Shown here: positions 1-7,587 of the stretch, one piece after another
Position numbering within the stretch: the first letter of the stretch is position 1
Layout: each line of letters opens with the position of its first letter
Origin: a virus
Direction: 5' to 3' (one strand)
IMG/VR virus record: IMGVR_UViG_3300045988_106519
Coordinates: 51,386 to 115,385 of that record
DNA: 64,000 nt
Notes under the pieces: model-generated
Seen by the model: the letters and a program-made list of their open reading frames with translations, nothing else
The model's database searches: none
Told to the model about the DNA's origin: nothing
Program-made: the position numbers and the translations under genes

Positions 1-68
1 ACATTAGGAATAGTTATTTCTAATATCTGTCCTTTCTCTATAGGTTGTCCATATATTATTTTTTCCAT
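1..68 (-). CDS. 5' end of an ORF that runs off the left window edge (MEKIIYGQPIEKGQILEITIPN...)
   Basis: ATG at 68-66 on the minus strand, with 22 codons open to position 1. Co-oriented with 127..471. Too short to judge. Confidence 0.25.
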   Translation of the reverse strand, partial: MEKIIYGQPIEKGQILEITIPN

Positions 69-126
69 AATTCTTTTATTTAGAAGTAGTGCAGAGTTTT
101 TTACTCCACACTACTTGTTATACATA

Positions 127-471
127 TTACCATTCACCTTTCAAGGTGGCAATGAGTTCTTCTCTTACATAAGAAGGAAGCTCTACACCATAGGCTTCAT
201 CAAAGAATTTGCCTAATGTAAGTACAAAAGTATCTGTTACTTCATTAGTTTCACCTACTGTAAAGAATACTTCATATCCATCTATAGGTATAGTTTCTCC
301 TTCTTTTGGAACAGCATAGCCATTAAACTCTATCATATCTCCTTGGAAGTCGGCAAGGTCATTTAAACAGTCTTCAAAATGATATATCATGAAGTTTTTT
401 AGTTCTTCACAATTGTTGAGGCATTCAAATGTTGGAATTTTATTTTCAATCATAATAAAAACAGTCTTCAT
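127..471 (-). CDS. hypothetical small acidic protein (114 aa)
   Basis: ATG-initiated ORF, D/E-rich, no recognisable motif. Confidence 0.55.
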   Translation of the reverse strand: MKTVFIMIENKIPTFECLNNCEELKNFMIYHFEDCLNDLADFQGDMIEFNGYAVPKEGETIPIDGYEVFFTVGETNEVTDTFVLTLGKFFDEAYGVELPSYVREELIATLKGEW

Positions 472-527
472 ACTAGAGTAGACTGAAAGAACTTTTGTTA
501 ATACTTTAAAGAATGATTATTTTAATG

Positions 528-553
528 AAAGGAGGAGCAGAAGCCCCTCCTTT
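528..553. terminator. stem-loop just downstream of 560..889
   Basis: AAAGGAGG(528-535) pairs with CCTCCTTT(546-553) around a 10-nt loop. The flanking U-run is weak. Confidence 0.35.
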
Positions 554-559
554 ATATTC

Positions 560-889
560 TTAGAGTCCAAGGTCAACATTTTCCCAAGAGTCCTGCCCCT
601 GATGGCAAAGTGAATACATGTCATCACCATCCTTTGTCTCACAGAGAACCACCTGAAGGTCATCCTTCTGTGCTGCAATTTCTCTTGGAGAGAGAACACC
701 AAGCTTGCTGCTGAATGCAACAAAGGTGCGAGTGTCACCCTTTGTGAAGATGCAGCTCTTAAATTTGTCACCAGATTCTGAGTTTACAAACTCACCAACC
801 TGCATCTTAGGACCAAACTCTCTTGCAAATGAGAGAAGTGACCAGCTGTTCTTGATTTTGTTTGCCTGTGCCATAGATAGTTGCCTCAT
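560..889 (-). CDS. unknown-domain ('domain X') family protein, copy 1 (109 aa)
   Basis: Shares a ~95-aa domain (SWSLL.F..EFGP.MQVGEF.N..(S/T)G(D/E)KFKSC.F....T.VAFSSKLG.L...EI......W..VDLGL-end) with the C-termini of 29087..29626 and 29619..30398. An alternative start is M6 at 874. Confidence 0.7.
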   Translation of the reverse strand: MRQLSMAQANKIKNSWSLLSFAREFGPKMQVGEFVNSESGDKFKSCIFTKGDTRTFVAFSSKLGVLSPREIAAQKDDLQVVLCETKDGDDMYSLCHQGQDSWENVDLGL

Positions 890-1176
890 AGCAGGACTTC
901 ATTAGTGCTATGCCTTTAGTTCCTCGGATGCTTTCTCCAGAGGCATGTATGCAGATGGATATTTGCCATTGAACAAACTGACAAATGGAAGGTTACTATT
1001 CTTCACCCTCAAATCATCATGGAATGAAATACCCCAGGGGGTATATCCCACTCCAAGATATAGTGGGGGTGGTGTGTTACATTATCTTCCCTCTTTATAC
1101 ACACACTTCATTTTTCATCATTATCTATATCTACACATTTTATTATATACTATTTTGCTGTTAAAAGTATTATAAG

Positions 1177-1184
1177 TAACTTTG
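1177..1184 (+). promoter_or_regulatory. Bacteroidota-type -7 box TAACTTTG
   Basis: Matches TAnnTTTG, 35 nt upstream of the ATG at 1220. Confidence 0.45.
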
Positions 1185-1219
1185 CAACAGAGCATTAGTA
1201 ACAAATACATCTATAAGAA

Positions 1220-1540
1220 ATGAAAGGATTGGAAGTATATATCTCAAAGCATGGTAGGCACTTTACTGAAAGACTTGCCATTGCAGCTATAGACAATAGA
1301 TGGAGTCCCTCAGAAATAGAAAGATCTTCTGAAGCAATGGTTTATTATAATGTGTCTGAGGCAACATTAGGAGATATAGTATTTCTAGTCAATAAGTATA
1401 AGAAGAATCATTGTTGTGCTACTAAGAAGAAATGTCTTAGATATGCTCTTAATATAATAGGAGATTATAGTTCCAATGGTTATGCTTTTACTCTGTTTAC
1501 TTTACTGAATAGCAGTATAGATTTAAAAGAATATGTATAA
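1220..1540 (+). CDS. hypothetical protein (106 aa)
   Basis: ATG ORF behind a -7 box; no motif recognised. Confidence 0.6.
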   Translation: MKGLEVYISKHGRHFTERLAIAAIDNRWSPSEIERSSEAMVYYNVSEATLGDIVFLVNKYKKNHCCATKKKCLRYALNIIGDYSSNGYAFTLFTLLNSSIDLKEYV

Positions 1541-1546
1541 AACAAT

Positions 1547-1577
1547 ATAAGAGGAGGCTATTACAGCTTCCTCTTAT
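1547..1577. terminator. hairpin between convergent genes 1220..1540 and 1611..1994
   Basis: 12-bp stem ATAAGAGGAGGC/GCTTCCTCTTAT (one G-U) with a 7-nt loop. A T-run (ATTGTTTTA) follows only in the minus orientation. Confidence 0.5.
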
Positions 1578-1610
1578 CCAATTAATTATAAATCTTTAAA
1601 CGTATGAACA

Positions 1611-1994
1611 TTATTTTACATTACCTAACTTATCTGCCCAAGCTTCTGTGTAAAACCAATTGTATGATTTGTCTGGAGCTATAGTCTTATGTGTCATAGC
1701 CCATAGTATACTTGGAATACCTATTATAATAAGGTATAGTGGTCCGAGATACAAACTCTGCCTTGTATGTCCATACTCATGTTTTATAGTATTCTCAGTT
1801 GCTTTTGGAGAAATGAATATGTAATTTCCAAATGTTACACTTCCTGAAGAATACTTTGTATAAACCTTTATCCCTTTATATTTTGTTATTGCAGGAATCT
1901 GATTCTCTACTATCAAATAGCTCAAATAAATTAGAGCAATAATGTTCTGAGGCAACTGCCAAATGTATTTCAGAACTGACTTTATTCTTTTCAT
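1611..1994 (-). CDS. small membrane protein with HExxH zincin-type motif (127 aa)
   Basis: Contains an HEYGH motif and hydrophobic segments. Starts 8 nt downstream of 2003..2470, suggesting an operon. Confidence 0.55.
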   Translation of the reverse strand: MKRIKSVLKYIWQLPQNIIALIYLSYLIVENQIPAITKYKGIKVYTKYSSGSVTFGNYIFISPKATENTIKHEYGHTRQSLYLGPLYLIIIGIPSILWAMTHKTIAPDKSYNWFYTEAWADKLGNVK

Positions 1995-2002
1995 AGTAAT
2001 CT

Positions 2003-2470
2003 TTATTTTATTGTTATCTCAATATTCTCACCTTTCTTGTATGCAGTATACATTATATTATATAGCTTCAAGAAATAGTCCTTTGACTTTGTAACCATTC
2101 CTTTCACATCATTCTTTCCTACAAGTATACAACCTTCTGTATCTTTGGCTGTGTTTCCTGCATGTATCAGTACACCATCATATCCAGGAACTTTCTCAAG
2201 TCTTGGTATTCTTGCACCATTACAATTCTTTACATACCAACTACTCTTGCTGTATTTTGGACTAACAATATCCATACTTATCTTATAAGTTCCAGTAGGT
2301 ATTGCTGTTTCACCAACTTTCTTCTTTTTCTTAATCTCTTCAATGGACATACTGCTTGTTAAACTTCTATCTCTATCTTCCAAAGTATTTGAGAAGAATA
2401 CACCATCAACATATAACTTACCAATAGTATAATCCTTTTTTTTCCATTTTCTATCTATCAATATCTTCAT
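2003..2470 (-). CDS. DUF5675-like protein, putative cell-wall hydrolase (YkuD-like H..G..C signature)
   Basis: The pattern GKLYVDG..SNTLEDRDR...TAIPTGTY...IPRLEKVPGYDGVLIHAGNTAKDTEGCILVG is recalled from a family common in Bacteroidota phages. Not searched. Confidence 0.55.
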   Translation of the reverse strand: MKILIDRKWKKKDYTIGKLYVDGVFFSNTLEDRDRSLTSSMSIEEIKKKKKVGETAIPTGTYKISMDIVSPKYSKSSWYVKNCNGARIPRLEKVPGYDGVLIHAGNTAKDTEGCILVGKNDVKGMVTKSKDYFLKLYNIMYTAYKKGENIEITIK

Positions 2471-2596
2471 ATTATATATGTATTAGTTATAACACAAAGG
2501 TACTATTATATGTTTCTCTATGAAAGTAGTTAAATGAATGTATTAACATGATATAAATGGTATTATTAGGTTATTGTCATGTAAGTCTATTGATTA

Positions 2597-2615
2597 TATC
2601 TTTGCAGTACTTAAA
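2597..2615 (+). promoter_or_regulatory. -7 box TATCTTTG inside the 19-mer TATCTTTGCAGTACTTAAA
   Basis: TAnnTTTG 20 nt upstream of the ATG at 2625. A near-identical 19-mer recurs at 5170..5188. Confidence 0.55.
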
Positions 2616-2624
2616 GAAAACAAA

Positions 2625-3248
2625 ATGGAAAAGTTAAAGAAATATGTTTGTATTGGAAGTATTGTATTAATGATAATAACAATAATTGTTCTATGTTTTA
2701 TACTTAAAAGTAAGGTCAAAACGGAGAATAGATGGAAAGAAGCTATTACTAATGTAAAGTCCTACGAGAATATGTTCAGTGATTCTAAGGACAATAGTAT
2801 AGCATTCCAATTGACTATTGCTCAGTTGAAGCATTCCAATGACTCCATCTTCCAAGAGCTTAATAATACAAGAAAGGAACTGAAGATAAAAGACTCCAAG
2901 CTAAAGAGCTTGCAGCATATATCTTCTAACTTCACAAAATCTGATATTATAATTTTGAAAGACACTGTTTTTAAAAACAAGGGGATTAATATTGATACTC
3001 TGTTATCAGATGAATGGTATTCTGTGAGGGTTGGTCTAAGATACCCTTCATCTGTAACTGTCACACCAAAATTCAAGAGTGTGAAAACTGTGATAGTATC
3101 AACTAAGAAGGAAACAGTTAATCCTCCAAAGAGGTTCTTCTTATTCAGATGGTTTCAAAAGAAACACACTGTTCTACATGTGAATGTAGTTGAGAAGAAT
3201 CCTTATATAGAAAGTCAGGATAACAGATACGTTGAGATTATTAAGTAA
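2625..3248 (+). CDS. N-terminally anchored membrane protein with coiled-coil-like region (207 aa)
   Basis: ATG at 2625; the track start at 2574 is a TTG lying upstream of the -7 promoter box. One TM helix (IGSIVLMIITIIVLCFIL). Confidence 0.6.
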   Translation: MEKLKKYVCIGSIVLMIITIIVLCFILKSKVKTENRWKEAITNVKSYENMFSDSKDNSIAFQLTIAQLKHSNDSIFQELNNTRKELKIKDSKLKSLQHISSNFTKSDIIILKDTVFKNKGINIDTLLSDEWYSVRVGLRYPSSVTVTPKFKSVKTVIVSTKKETVNPPKRFFLFRWFQKKHTVLHVNVVEKNPYIESQDNRYVEIIK

Positions 3249-3296
3249 GTAGTATTCTATTTGCTTTTTTATTATTTTTTAATTGTTAGGTTGGTT

Positions 3297-3332
3297 CTCC
3301 CCCTGTCAGCGGACAGAGGGAGTTTTTGTTTT
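3297..3332 (+). terminator. rho-independent terminator
   Basis: Stem CTCCCCCTGTC/GACAGAGGGAG (1 mismatch), loop AGCG, then TTTTTGTTTT. Confidence 0.6.
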
Positions 3333-3340
3333 ATCAAAGT

Positions 3341-4525
3341 CTATTTGGATTTATGATAGATAAGCTTCTCTATATAAGCAATAACCTTTTCATTGGCTTT
3401 ATTGATATTGGTATAATCCTTTTGTATATAGATGTCAGTAATACTCATATCTGATACATGGTTCAATGCTTCATGTATAGTATACTTATCTATACCAAGC
3501 CTGTTTCTTGCTATTGATGCCCAAGTATGTCTGGCAGAATAGAAATCAAAATGAGGAATACTCAAGGTGTCTGCAATTATATACAGTCCTTTATTTATAT
3601 GTTTGTTGAAATTAGCTGCATTGCTATACTTCTTATAGAAGTTAAACACTCTTGAGTCTCCTTTATATTTATCAAAAAGAGGTTTTATTATATTAGGTAC
3701 TGCTATTTCAATATGTGCATTATCTATTCTTCTATCTCTTGTCTTTGCTCTGTCATAAGCAAGTACACCATTACTATATGATGTACATTCATATAGATCA
3801 ACAGAGTTCATACCTATAAGACAGAATGATAAAATATAGCAATCCCTTGCCATTCCAACTCTTCTTGTTCCATGAAAGTTAAATAGTTTAATTAGGTTAT
3901 CAACACTGATAATTCTATTCTTTGTCATTGATACACTCTTAGGAATGATAAAGCTATTAAATGGATTATTGGTTATTACCTTGTTATCATCCATATTATA
4001 TTCTCTTATAGCCTCATTGAATATATGACGCATACAACCTAAGTATAAAGACTGTGCTCTTGGATGTCCAGTAAGATAATCTTTATAGTTGTTGAGAAGA
4101 TTATAATTAATATCAGAGAATAAAAGTGTGTCACTTTTTAGAAATCTGTATAAAGAATTAAGCATAATAGAGTAGTTGCCTTTTCCTTTATTATTTGATT
4201 TCTCAACCCACTTTCTTGTATATTCAAAAAAGTCCAGTGTCTTGACATTACCTGTTAATTGAGAATATATCCATTCAATATCAGCATCTTTATTTCCCAA
4301 GCTAGTCTCTATTTCATATAACCTATTCTTTAAAGTATTTATAGTGTCTTCAATATTTCTTTTAAGACTATCAGACTTTATCTTTCCTTGTTTTGTTAGG
4401 TCACACTCCTTTATAACAATATTTGTATGGATTCTCTTTCTTATTCCTTTATGAGATAGTGTTATTGAAACTTTCCTTGTCTTATCTTTTTTAGGTTCTT
4501 CTATTTTATATGTGATTGTAGCCAT
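3341..4525 (-). CDS. int: tyrosine recombinase / phage integrase (394 aa)
   Basis: C-terminal catalytic pattern: R in GMARDCYILSF, SARHTWAS (H-x-x-R box), ALNH and DIYIQ (Tyr). Lies adjacent to a tRNA-like sequence. Confidence 0.85.
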   Translation of the reverse strand: MATITYKIEEPKKDKTRKVSITLSHKGIRKRIHTNIVIKECDLTKQGKIKSDSLKRNIEDTINTLKNRLYEIETSLGNKDADIEWIYSQLTGNVKTLDFFEYTRKWVEKSNNKGKGNYSIMLNSLYRFLKSDTLLFSDINYNLLNNYKDYLTGHPRAQSLYLGCMRHIFNEAIREYNMDDNKVITNNPFNSFIIPKSVSMTKNRIISVDNLIKLFNFHGTRRVGMARDCYILSFCLIGMNSVDLYECTSYSNGVLAYDRAKTRDRRIDNAHIEIAVPNIIKPLFDKYKGDSRVFNFYKKYSNAANFNKHINKGLYIIADTLSIPHFDFYSARHTWASIARNRLGIDKYTIHEALNHVSDMSITDIYIQKDYTNINKANEKVIAYIEKLIYHKSK

Positions 4526-4563
4526 AGCAATGTTAACTTATGATTGTCGTTTTATGTCATTAA

Positions 4564-4601
4564 CTGCAATAATTTATATCTATTGAATTAATTCTGCAAT
4601 A
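4564..4601. repeat. two direct CTGCAATA copies (4564-4571, 4594-4601)
   Basis: Located between the int start and the tRNA-like core. They share TGCAAT with the 4863-4891 repeats. Confidence 0.4.
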
Positions 4602-4632
4602 TTTTCATCCTTTAAATACTATAACTCTCTCT

Positions 4633-4707
4633 GTTTCAATAGCTCAGTTGGATTAGAGCAACAGCCTTCTAAGCTGTGGGTCTTGGGTTCGAACCCCAAC
4701 GGAATCA
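4633..4707 (+). tRNA. tRNA-Arg(UCU)-like sequence with a non-pairing 5' acceptor strand; probable attP core, not a functional tRNA
   Basis: D arm GCTC/GAGC, anticodon arm ACAGC-CTTCTAA-GCTGT (anticodon TCT) and T arm TTGGG-TTCGAAC-CCCAA are all intact. The 3' acceptor CGGAATC pairs at only 4/7 positions with the 5' GTTTCAA. Confidence 0.6.
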
Positions 4708-4736
4708 CAACGAAAAAATGCTTCAAATTTGATTGT

Positions 4737-4780
4737 ATCGCTAATAGCTTATTTATCAAGCTGTTAGCGATATTTTTTTA
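4737..4780 (+). terminator. rho-independent terminator after the tRNA-like sequence
   Basis: 13-bp stem ATCGCTAATAGCT/AGCTGTTAGCGAT (one wobble), 9-nt loop, then ATTTTTTTA. Confidence 0.7.
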
Positions 4781-4862
4781 TTGTATTATATACTAATGTC
4801 TATAATTTCTTTTGCTTATTGAAATTTCTTTGTTATGTATTTAAAGATATGTAATGGGAAGT

Positions 4863-4891
4863 ATTGCAACATTATTGCAATAAAATTGCAA
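4863..4891. repeat. three ATTGCAA copies phased at exactly 11 nt (4863, 4874, 4885)
   Basis: Read directly: tATTGCAAcatTATTGCAAtaaaATTGCAAt. Spacing equals one helical turn. Candidate protein-binding (arm-type or operator) sites. Confidence 0.5.
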
Positions 4892-5169
4892 TTATTAATT
4901 TAAATAATTGGTAGGAGTAATTGTACTTCTAAAAATAATAGAAGGCAATGTAAATGTAGAGAAGACTTAACATAGTAAATGTAAATTAATATGATGTAAT
5001 ACGTAAATTCATTATTTGAGTTTGTGTGAGTGAATTAATGTATACAAAGGTATATATTATTTGAATAATGTAAGTATAAGTAAATAAGACAAATTAAAAT
5101 ATCTCATTTAAAGTTTGTTAATATGAAAAGTATTAACAGATTTACTATGCCAATTTAAGAGAAAAATTG

Positions 5170-5188
5170 TATATTTGCAGTACTTAAA
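5170..5188 (+). promoter_or_regulatory. -7 box TATATTTG inside the 19-mer TATATTTGCAGTACTTAAA
   Basis: TAnnTTTG 88 nt upstream of the ATG at 5266. It is an 18/19 match to 2597..2615. Confidence 0.5.
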
Positions 5189-5265
5189 CCAACAATTATA
5201 AATAACTATAAAATAGTGTGTTATGAAAGTTGGTTAAAGTAAAACTTTAAGTAAAATCAAATGTT

Positions 5266-5481
5266 ATGGTGGCAATAAAAAAGACAAGAAGCAGGGATGA
5301 ACTGAGGTGGCAGGCTGAGAGTGATGCTCAAACAATGGCAACCTATCAAGAAATACTTAGTGATAAGGCAAGAATGAATAGGGCTATTAAGGTAGCAAAA
5401 TCTCAGGCAGCAGATCTTACAAAGAGAGTTAATGCTCTACAGAGTGTATCAAGGACAAAATCATCATCTAAAAGAAAGTAG
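5266..5481 (+). CDS. hypothetical basic coiled-coil protein (71 aa)
   Basis: ATG ORF, first gene of a tightly packed co-oriented block. Confidence 0.55.
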   Translation: MVAIKKTRSRDELRWQAESDAQTMATYQEILSDKARMNRAIKVAKSQAADLTKRVNALQSVSRTKSSSKRK

Positions 5482-5484
5482 ATT

Positions 5485-5673
5485 ATGTGTGAGCAAGAAG
5501 GCAAAACTGTACAGAAAATACAGATGGACTATATACAAGCATCTTCATTAAGAGAGCTTTTGAATAAAGTCAATAGTTATAACAGTGATTATCCTGAATG
5601 TGCAATACTGAAGGAAGATATAGTTGAAATCCTCAAGGAAGAAGAGACATTCATTATGCTTTATTATAGATAA
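5485..5673 (+). CDS. hypothetical protein (62 aa)
   Basis: ATG 3 nt after the upstream stop. Confidence 0.5.
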   Translation: MCEQEGKTVQKIQMDYIQASSLRELLNKVNSYNSDYPECAILKEDIVEILKEEETFIMLYYR

Positions 5674-5717
5674 TGTAGTATATATAATAATGTGTAACTA
5701 TCTAATCAGATATAAGT

Positions 5718-6152
5718 ATGGCAAAGCAAGAGAGTATAAATGAGATGGAACTTGACACAGTGGACTTCTGTTCAAAGTGTTATTCCCTAAAAATAAAGTA
5801 TGAGGATTCCATTGGTATGGATTGCTGTGAGGACTGTGGCTGTACTGATTTCAAGACAGCATCTTTTGATGAATGGGAAAAACTGTATAAAGAAAGATAC
5901 GGTCATAAATATGTAGAAGAAGTTGGGGACATTAGGAAGTCACCTATATTTCAGATGTCAAATGATAAACTGAAGATAAAGGTTTCTAATGATCCATCAT
6001 GGAGGGAGATATGCAGAGCCATGTATCCTGCATTTCCAAATTGGCTCAGTAAGGCAGACTCTATTATACTATTGTTTGCAAAGTTGTATCAAGAAAACAG
6101 ATTGGATGATTTAAGAATGGAGCTTATAAACAGAAGTAATAACAAACACTAA
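5718..6152 (+). CDS. hypothetical Cys-rich (zinc-ribbon-like) protein (144 aa)
   Basis: CSKC...CCEDCGC cysteine cluster near the N-terminus. Confidence 0.6.
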   Translation: MAKQESINEMELDTVDFCSKCYSLKIKYEDSIGMDCCEDCGCTDFKTASFDEWEKLYKERYGHKYVEEVGDIRKSPIFQMSNDKLKIKVSNDPSWREICRAMYPAFPNWLSKADSIILLFAKLYQENRLDDLRMELINRSNNKH

Positions 6153-6166
6153 AGGAGGAGAATAAA

Positions 6167-6430
6167 ATGGAAGAGCAGAAGAAACTTACATATGAGCAAC
6201 TTAATGATGCCTGTAATCAGTTATGGCAACAGAACAAGCAGCTTGTAAAGAGAAATAAGGAATTGGAACAGTTTGTTATGAACAAGAGACTTGATTATCT
6301 CTTTAAAGTGCTTGAATGTAGTAAGGAATTTTCAAGTGATTTTATTGGAAACTGTGCAAGTGAAATTGAGGAAGCAATGACTATTCCTCAAGACATGGAA
6401 TATAACAGCAAGGAGGAGAGACATGAATAA
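6167..6430 (+). CDS. hypothetical coiled-coil protein (87 aa)
   Basis: AGGAGG RBS 8 nt upstream of the ATG. Confidence 0.6.
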   Translation: MEEQKKLTYEQLNDACNQLWQQNKQLVKRNKELEQFVMNKRLDYLFKVLECSKEFSSDFIGNCASEIEEAMTIPQDMEYNSKEERHE

Positions 6431-6845
6431 TACTGTTAATAAGCAAGGTCTACCAAAGCCAAACAATATAGTGACTATCTCCACTTCTCCAGGTATTGAG
6501 TTCTTTAAATGGTGGTGTATATTCCTCAGACCATTTATAAATCTCACAAATAGAGAGATAGATGTTATAGCCAGCTTCTTAAAGCAAAGATGGGAGTTGT
6601 CAAAAAGTATAAGCGACCCTACTATTCTTGACAGTATGGTTATGAGTGAAACAATCAAAGGCAAGGTGATAGAGGAATGTCAAATGACACAGCAACACTT
6701 CTATGTGGTAATGAGTAATCTGAGAAAGAACAATATTATAGTAAATAATATCCTTAACCCCAGACTTGTACCAAATATAAGAAAGGATGATAATGGATGT
6801 TTTCAGCTACTTATACTGTTCAAGGAAAACAAGAAGGCTGTATGA
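6423..6845 (+). CDS. hypothetical protein (140 aa)
   Basis: The ATG overlaps the upstream stop; no confident motif. Confidence 0.6.
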   Translation: MNNTVNKQGLPKPNNIVTISTSPGIEFFKWWCIFLRPFINLTNREIDVIASFLKQRWELSKSISDPTILDSMVMSETIKGKVIEECQMTQQHFYVVMSNLRKNNIIVNNILNPRLVPNIRKDDNGCFQLLILFKENKKAV

Positions 6846-7132
6846 CCTATGATGAGATTGTGATTGAAGTATCCAAGAGATTAGGACTCAGTAAAGAATT
6901 AGTCAATAAGACTTATAAAGCTTATTGGAAATCTGTCAAGGAACACATAGCTTCTTTACCTCTGAAGAAAGATTTGTCAGATGAGGAGTTTATGAAGTTA
7001 CAACCAAATGTGAATATACCTTCACTTGGTAAGTTCTGTGTCACCCTTGACAGATATAAAGTAATGACTAAAGCATTTAGAAACAAAACAAAAATAAAGG
7101 AGAAACAAGATGTTACATGTAACAAAGATTAA
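6842..7132 (+). CDS. possible HU/IHF-like DNA-binding protein (96 aa)
   Basis: The ATG at 6842 overlaps the upstream TGA (ATGA). MTYDEIVIEVSKRLGLSKELVNKTYKAYWKSVKEHI ... VNIPSLGKFCV resembles the HU helix-helix-strand pattern but lacks a long arm. This is a weak call. Confidence 0.35.
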   Translation: MTYDEIVIEVSKRLGLSKELVNKTYKAYWKSVKEHIASLPLKKDLSDEEFMKLQPNVNIPSLGKFCVTLDRYKVMTKAFRNKTKIKEKQDVTCNKD

Positions 7133-7523
7133 ACCACTTTTTGACCACTTGCTTATTACAGCAGATAGATTTGAAAAGGATATGGTACATAATGGAGTTA
7201 TCTTGGCAAACAAGGGAGACTTGAAATTATGGCAGACTGTAGTGGCTGTTGGTTCAGTAGTAAGGGACATCAAGGTAGGAGACAAGGTGATGATTAATTC
7301 AAATGATTTTGCTGTAAAGAAGTATAACAAGAACTCTGTGCAAAATGACTTGGACAACAATCCAGTACTGACATATAACTTCCCATTTGAGACTGTTGAT
7401 GATGAAAAGGGAAATCCAAAAGATTATCTCTATATCTCAGACAGGAATGTAAAATATGTGTTTGAGGGTATAGAGAAAGATGAATCACTGATATTGCCAG
7501 GAAAACCAAAGTTGATAATATAA
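7110..7523 (+). CDS. GroES/Cpn10-like co-chaperonin-fold protein with C-terminal extension (137 aa)
   Basis: IKPLFDHLLI...NGVILA...QTVVAVGS...IKVGDKVMIN is colinear with E. coli GroES IRPLHDRVIV...GGIVL...GEVLAVGN...VKVGDIVIFN. AGGAG RBS present. Confidence 0.5.
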   Translation: MLHVTKIKPLFDHLLITADRFEKDMVHNGVILANKGDLKLWQTVVAVGSVVRDIKVGDKVMINSNDFAVKKYNKNSVQNDLDNNPVLTYNFPFETVDDEKGNPKDYLYISDRNVKYVFEGIEKDESLILPGKPKLII

Positions 7524-7540
7524 GAGTAGAAGTTTGCAAT

Positions 7541-7571
7541 AGCCTAAGTTTTAATCGATTTAGGCTTTTTT
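7541..7571 (+). terminator. rho-independent terminator
   Basis: AGCCTAA/TTAGGCT stem followed by TTTTT. Confidence 0.6.
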
Positions 7572-7587
7572 AGTTATAGAAAGAAGT

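Larger units (their letters stand above)
3341..4891. mobile_element. integration module: int plus tRNA-Arg-like attP candidate with flanking short repeats
   Basis: Phage genes lie on both sides, so the element appears in the unintegrated (attP) configuration. Confidence 0.55.

Noticed and set aside
517-1175. ORFs 517..771(-), 705..905(+) and 945..1175(+).
   Set aside because: The first two overlap the better-supported domain-X gene 560..889 out of frame or antisense. The third lies in the divergent promoter region, contains the -7 box for 1220, and has an odd H/Y/L-rich composition.
4633-4707. A functional phage-encoded tRNA-Arg.
   Set aside because: The acceptor stem pairs at only 4 of 7 positions and there is no plausible alternative register. 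It is interpreted instead as an attP copy of a host tRNA 3' portion. A tRNA predictor should confirm this.
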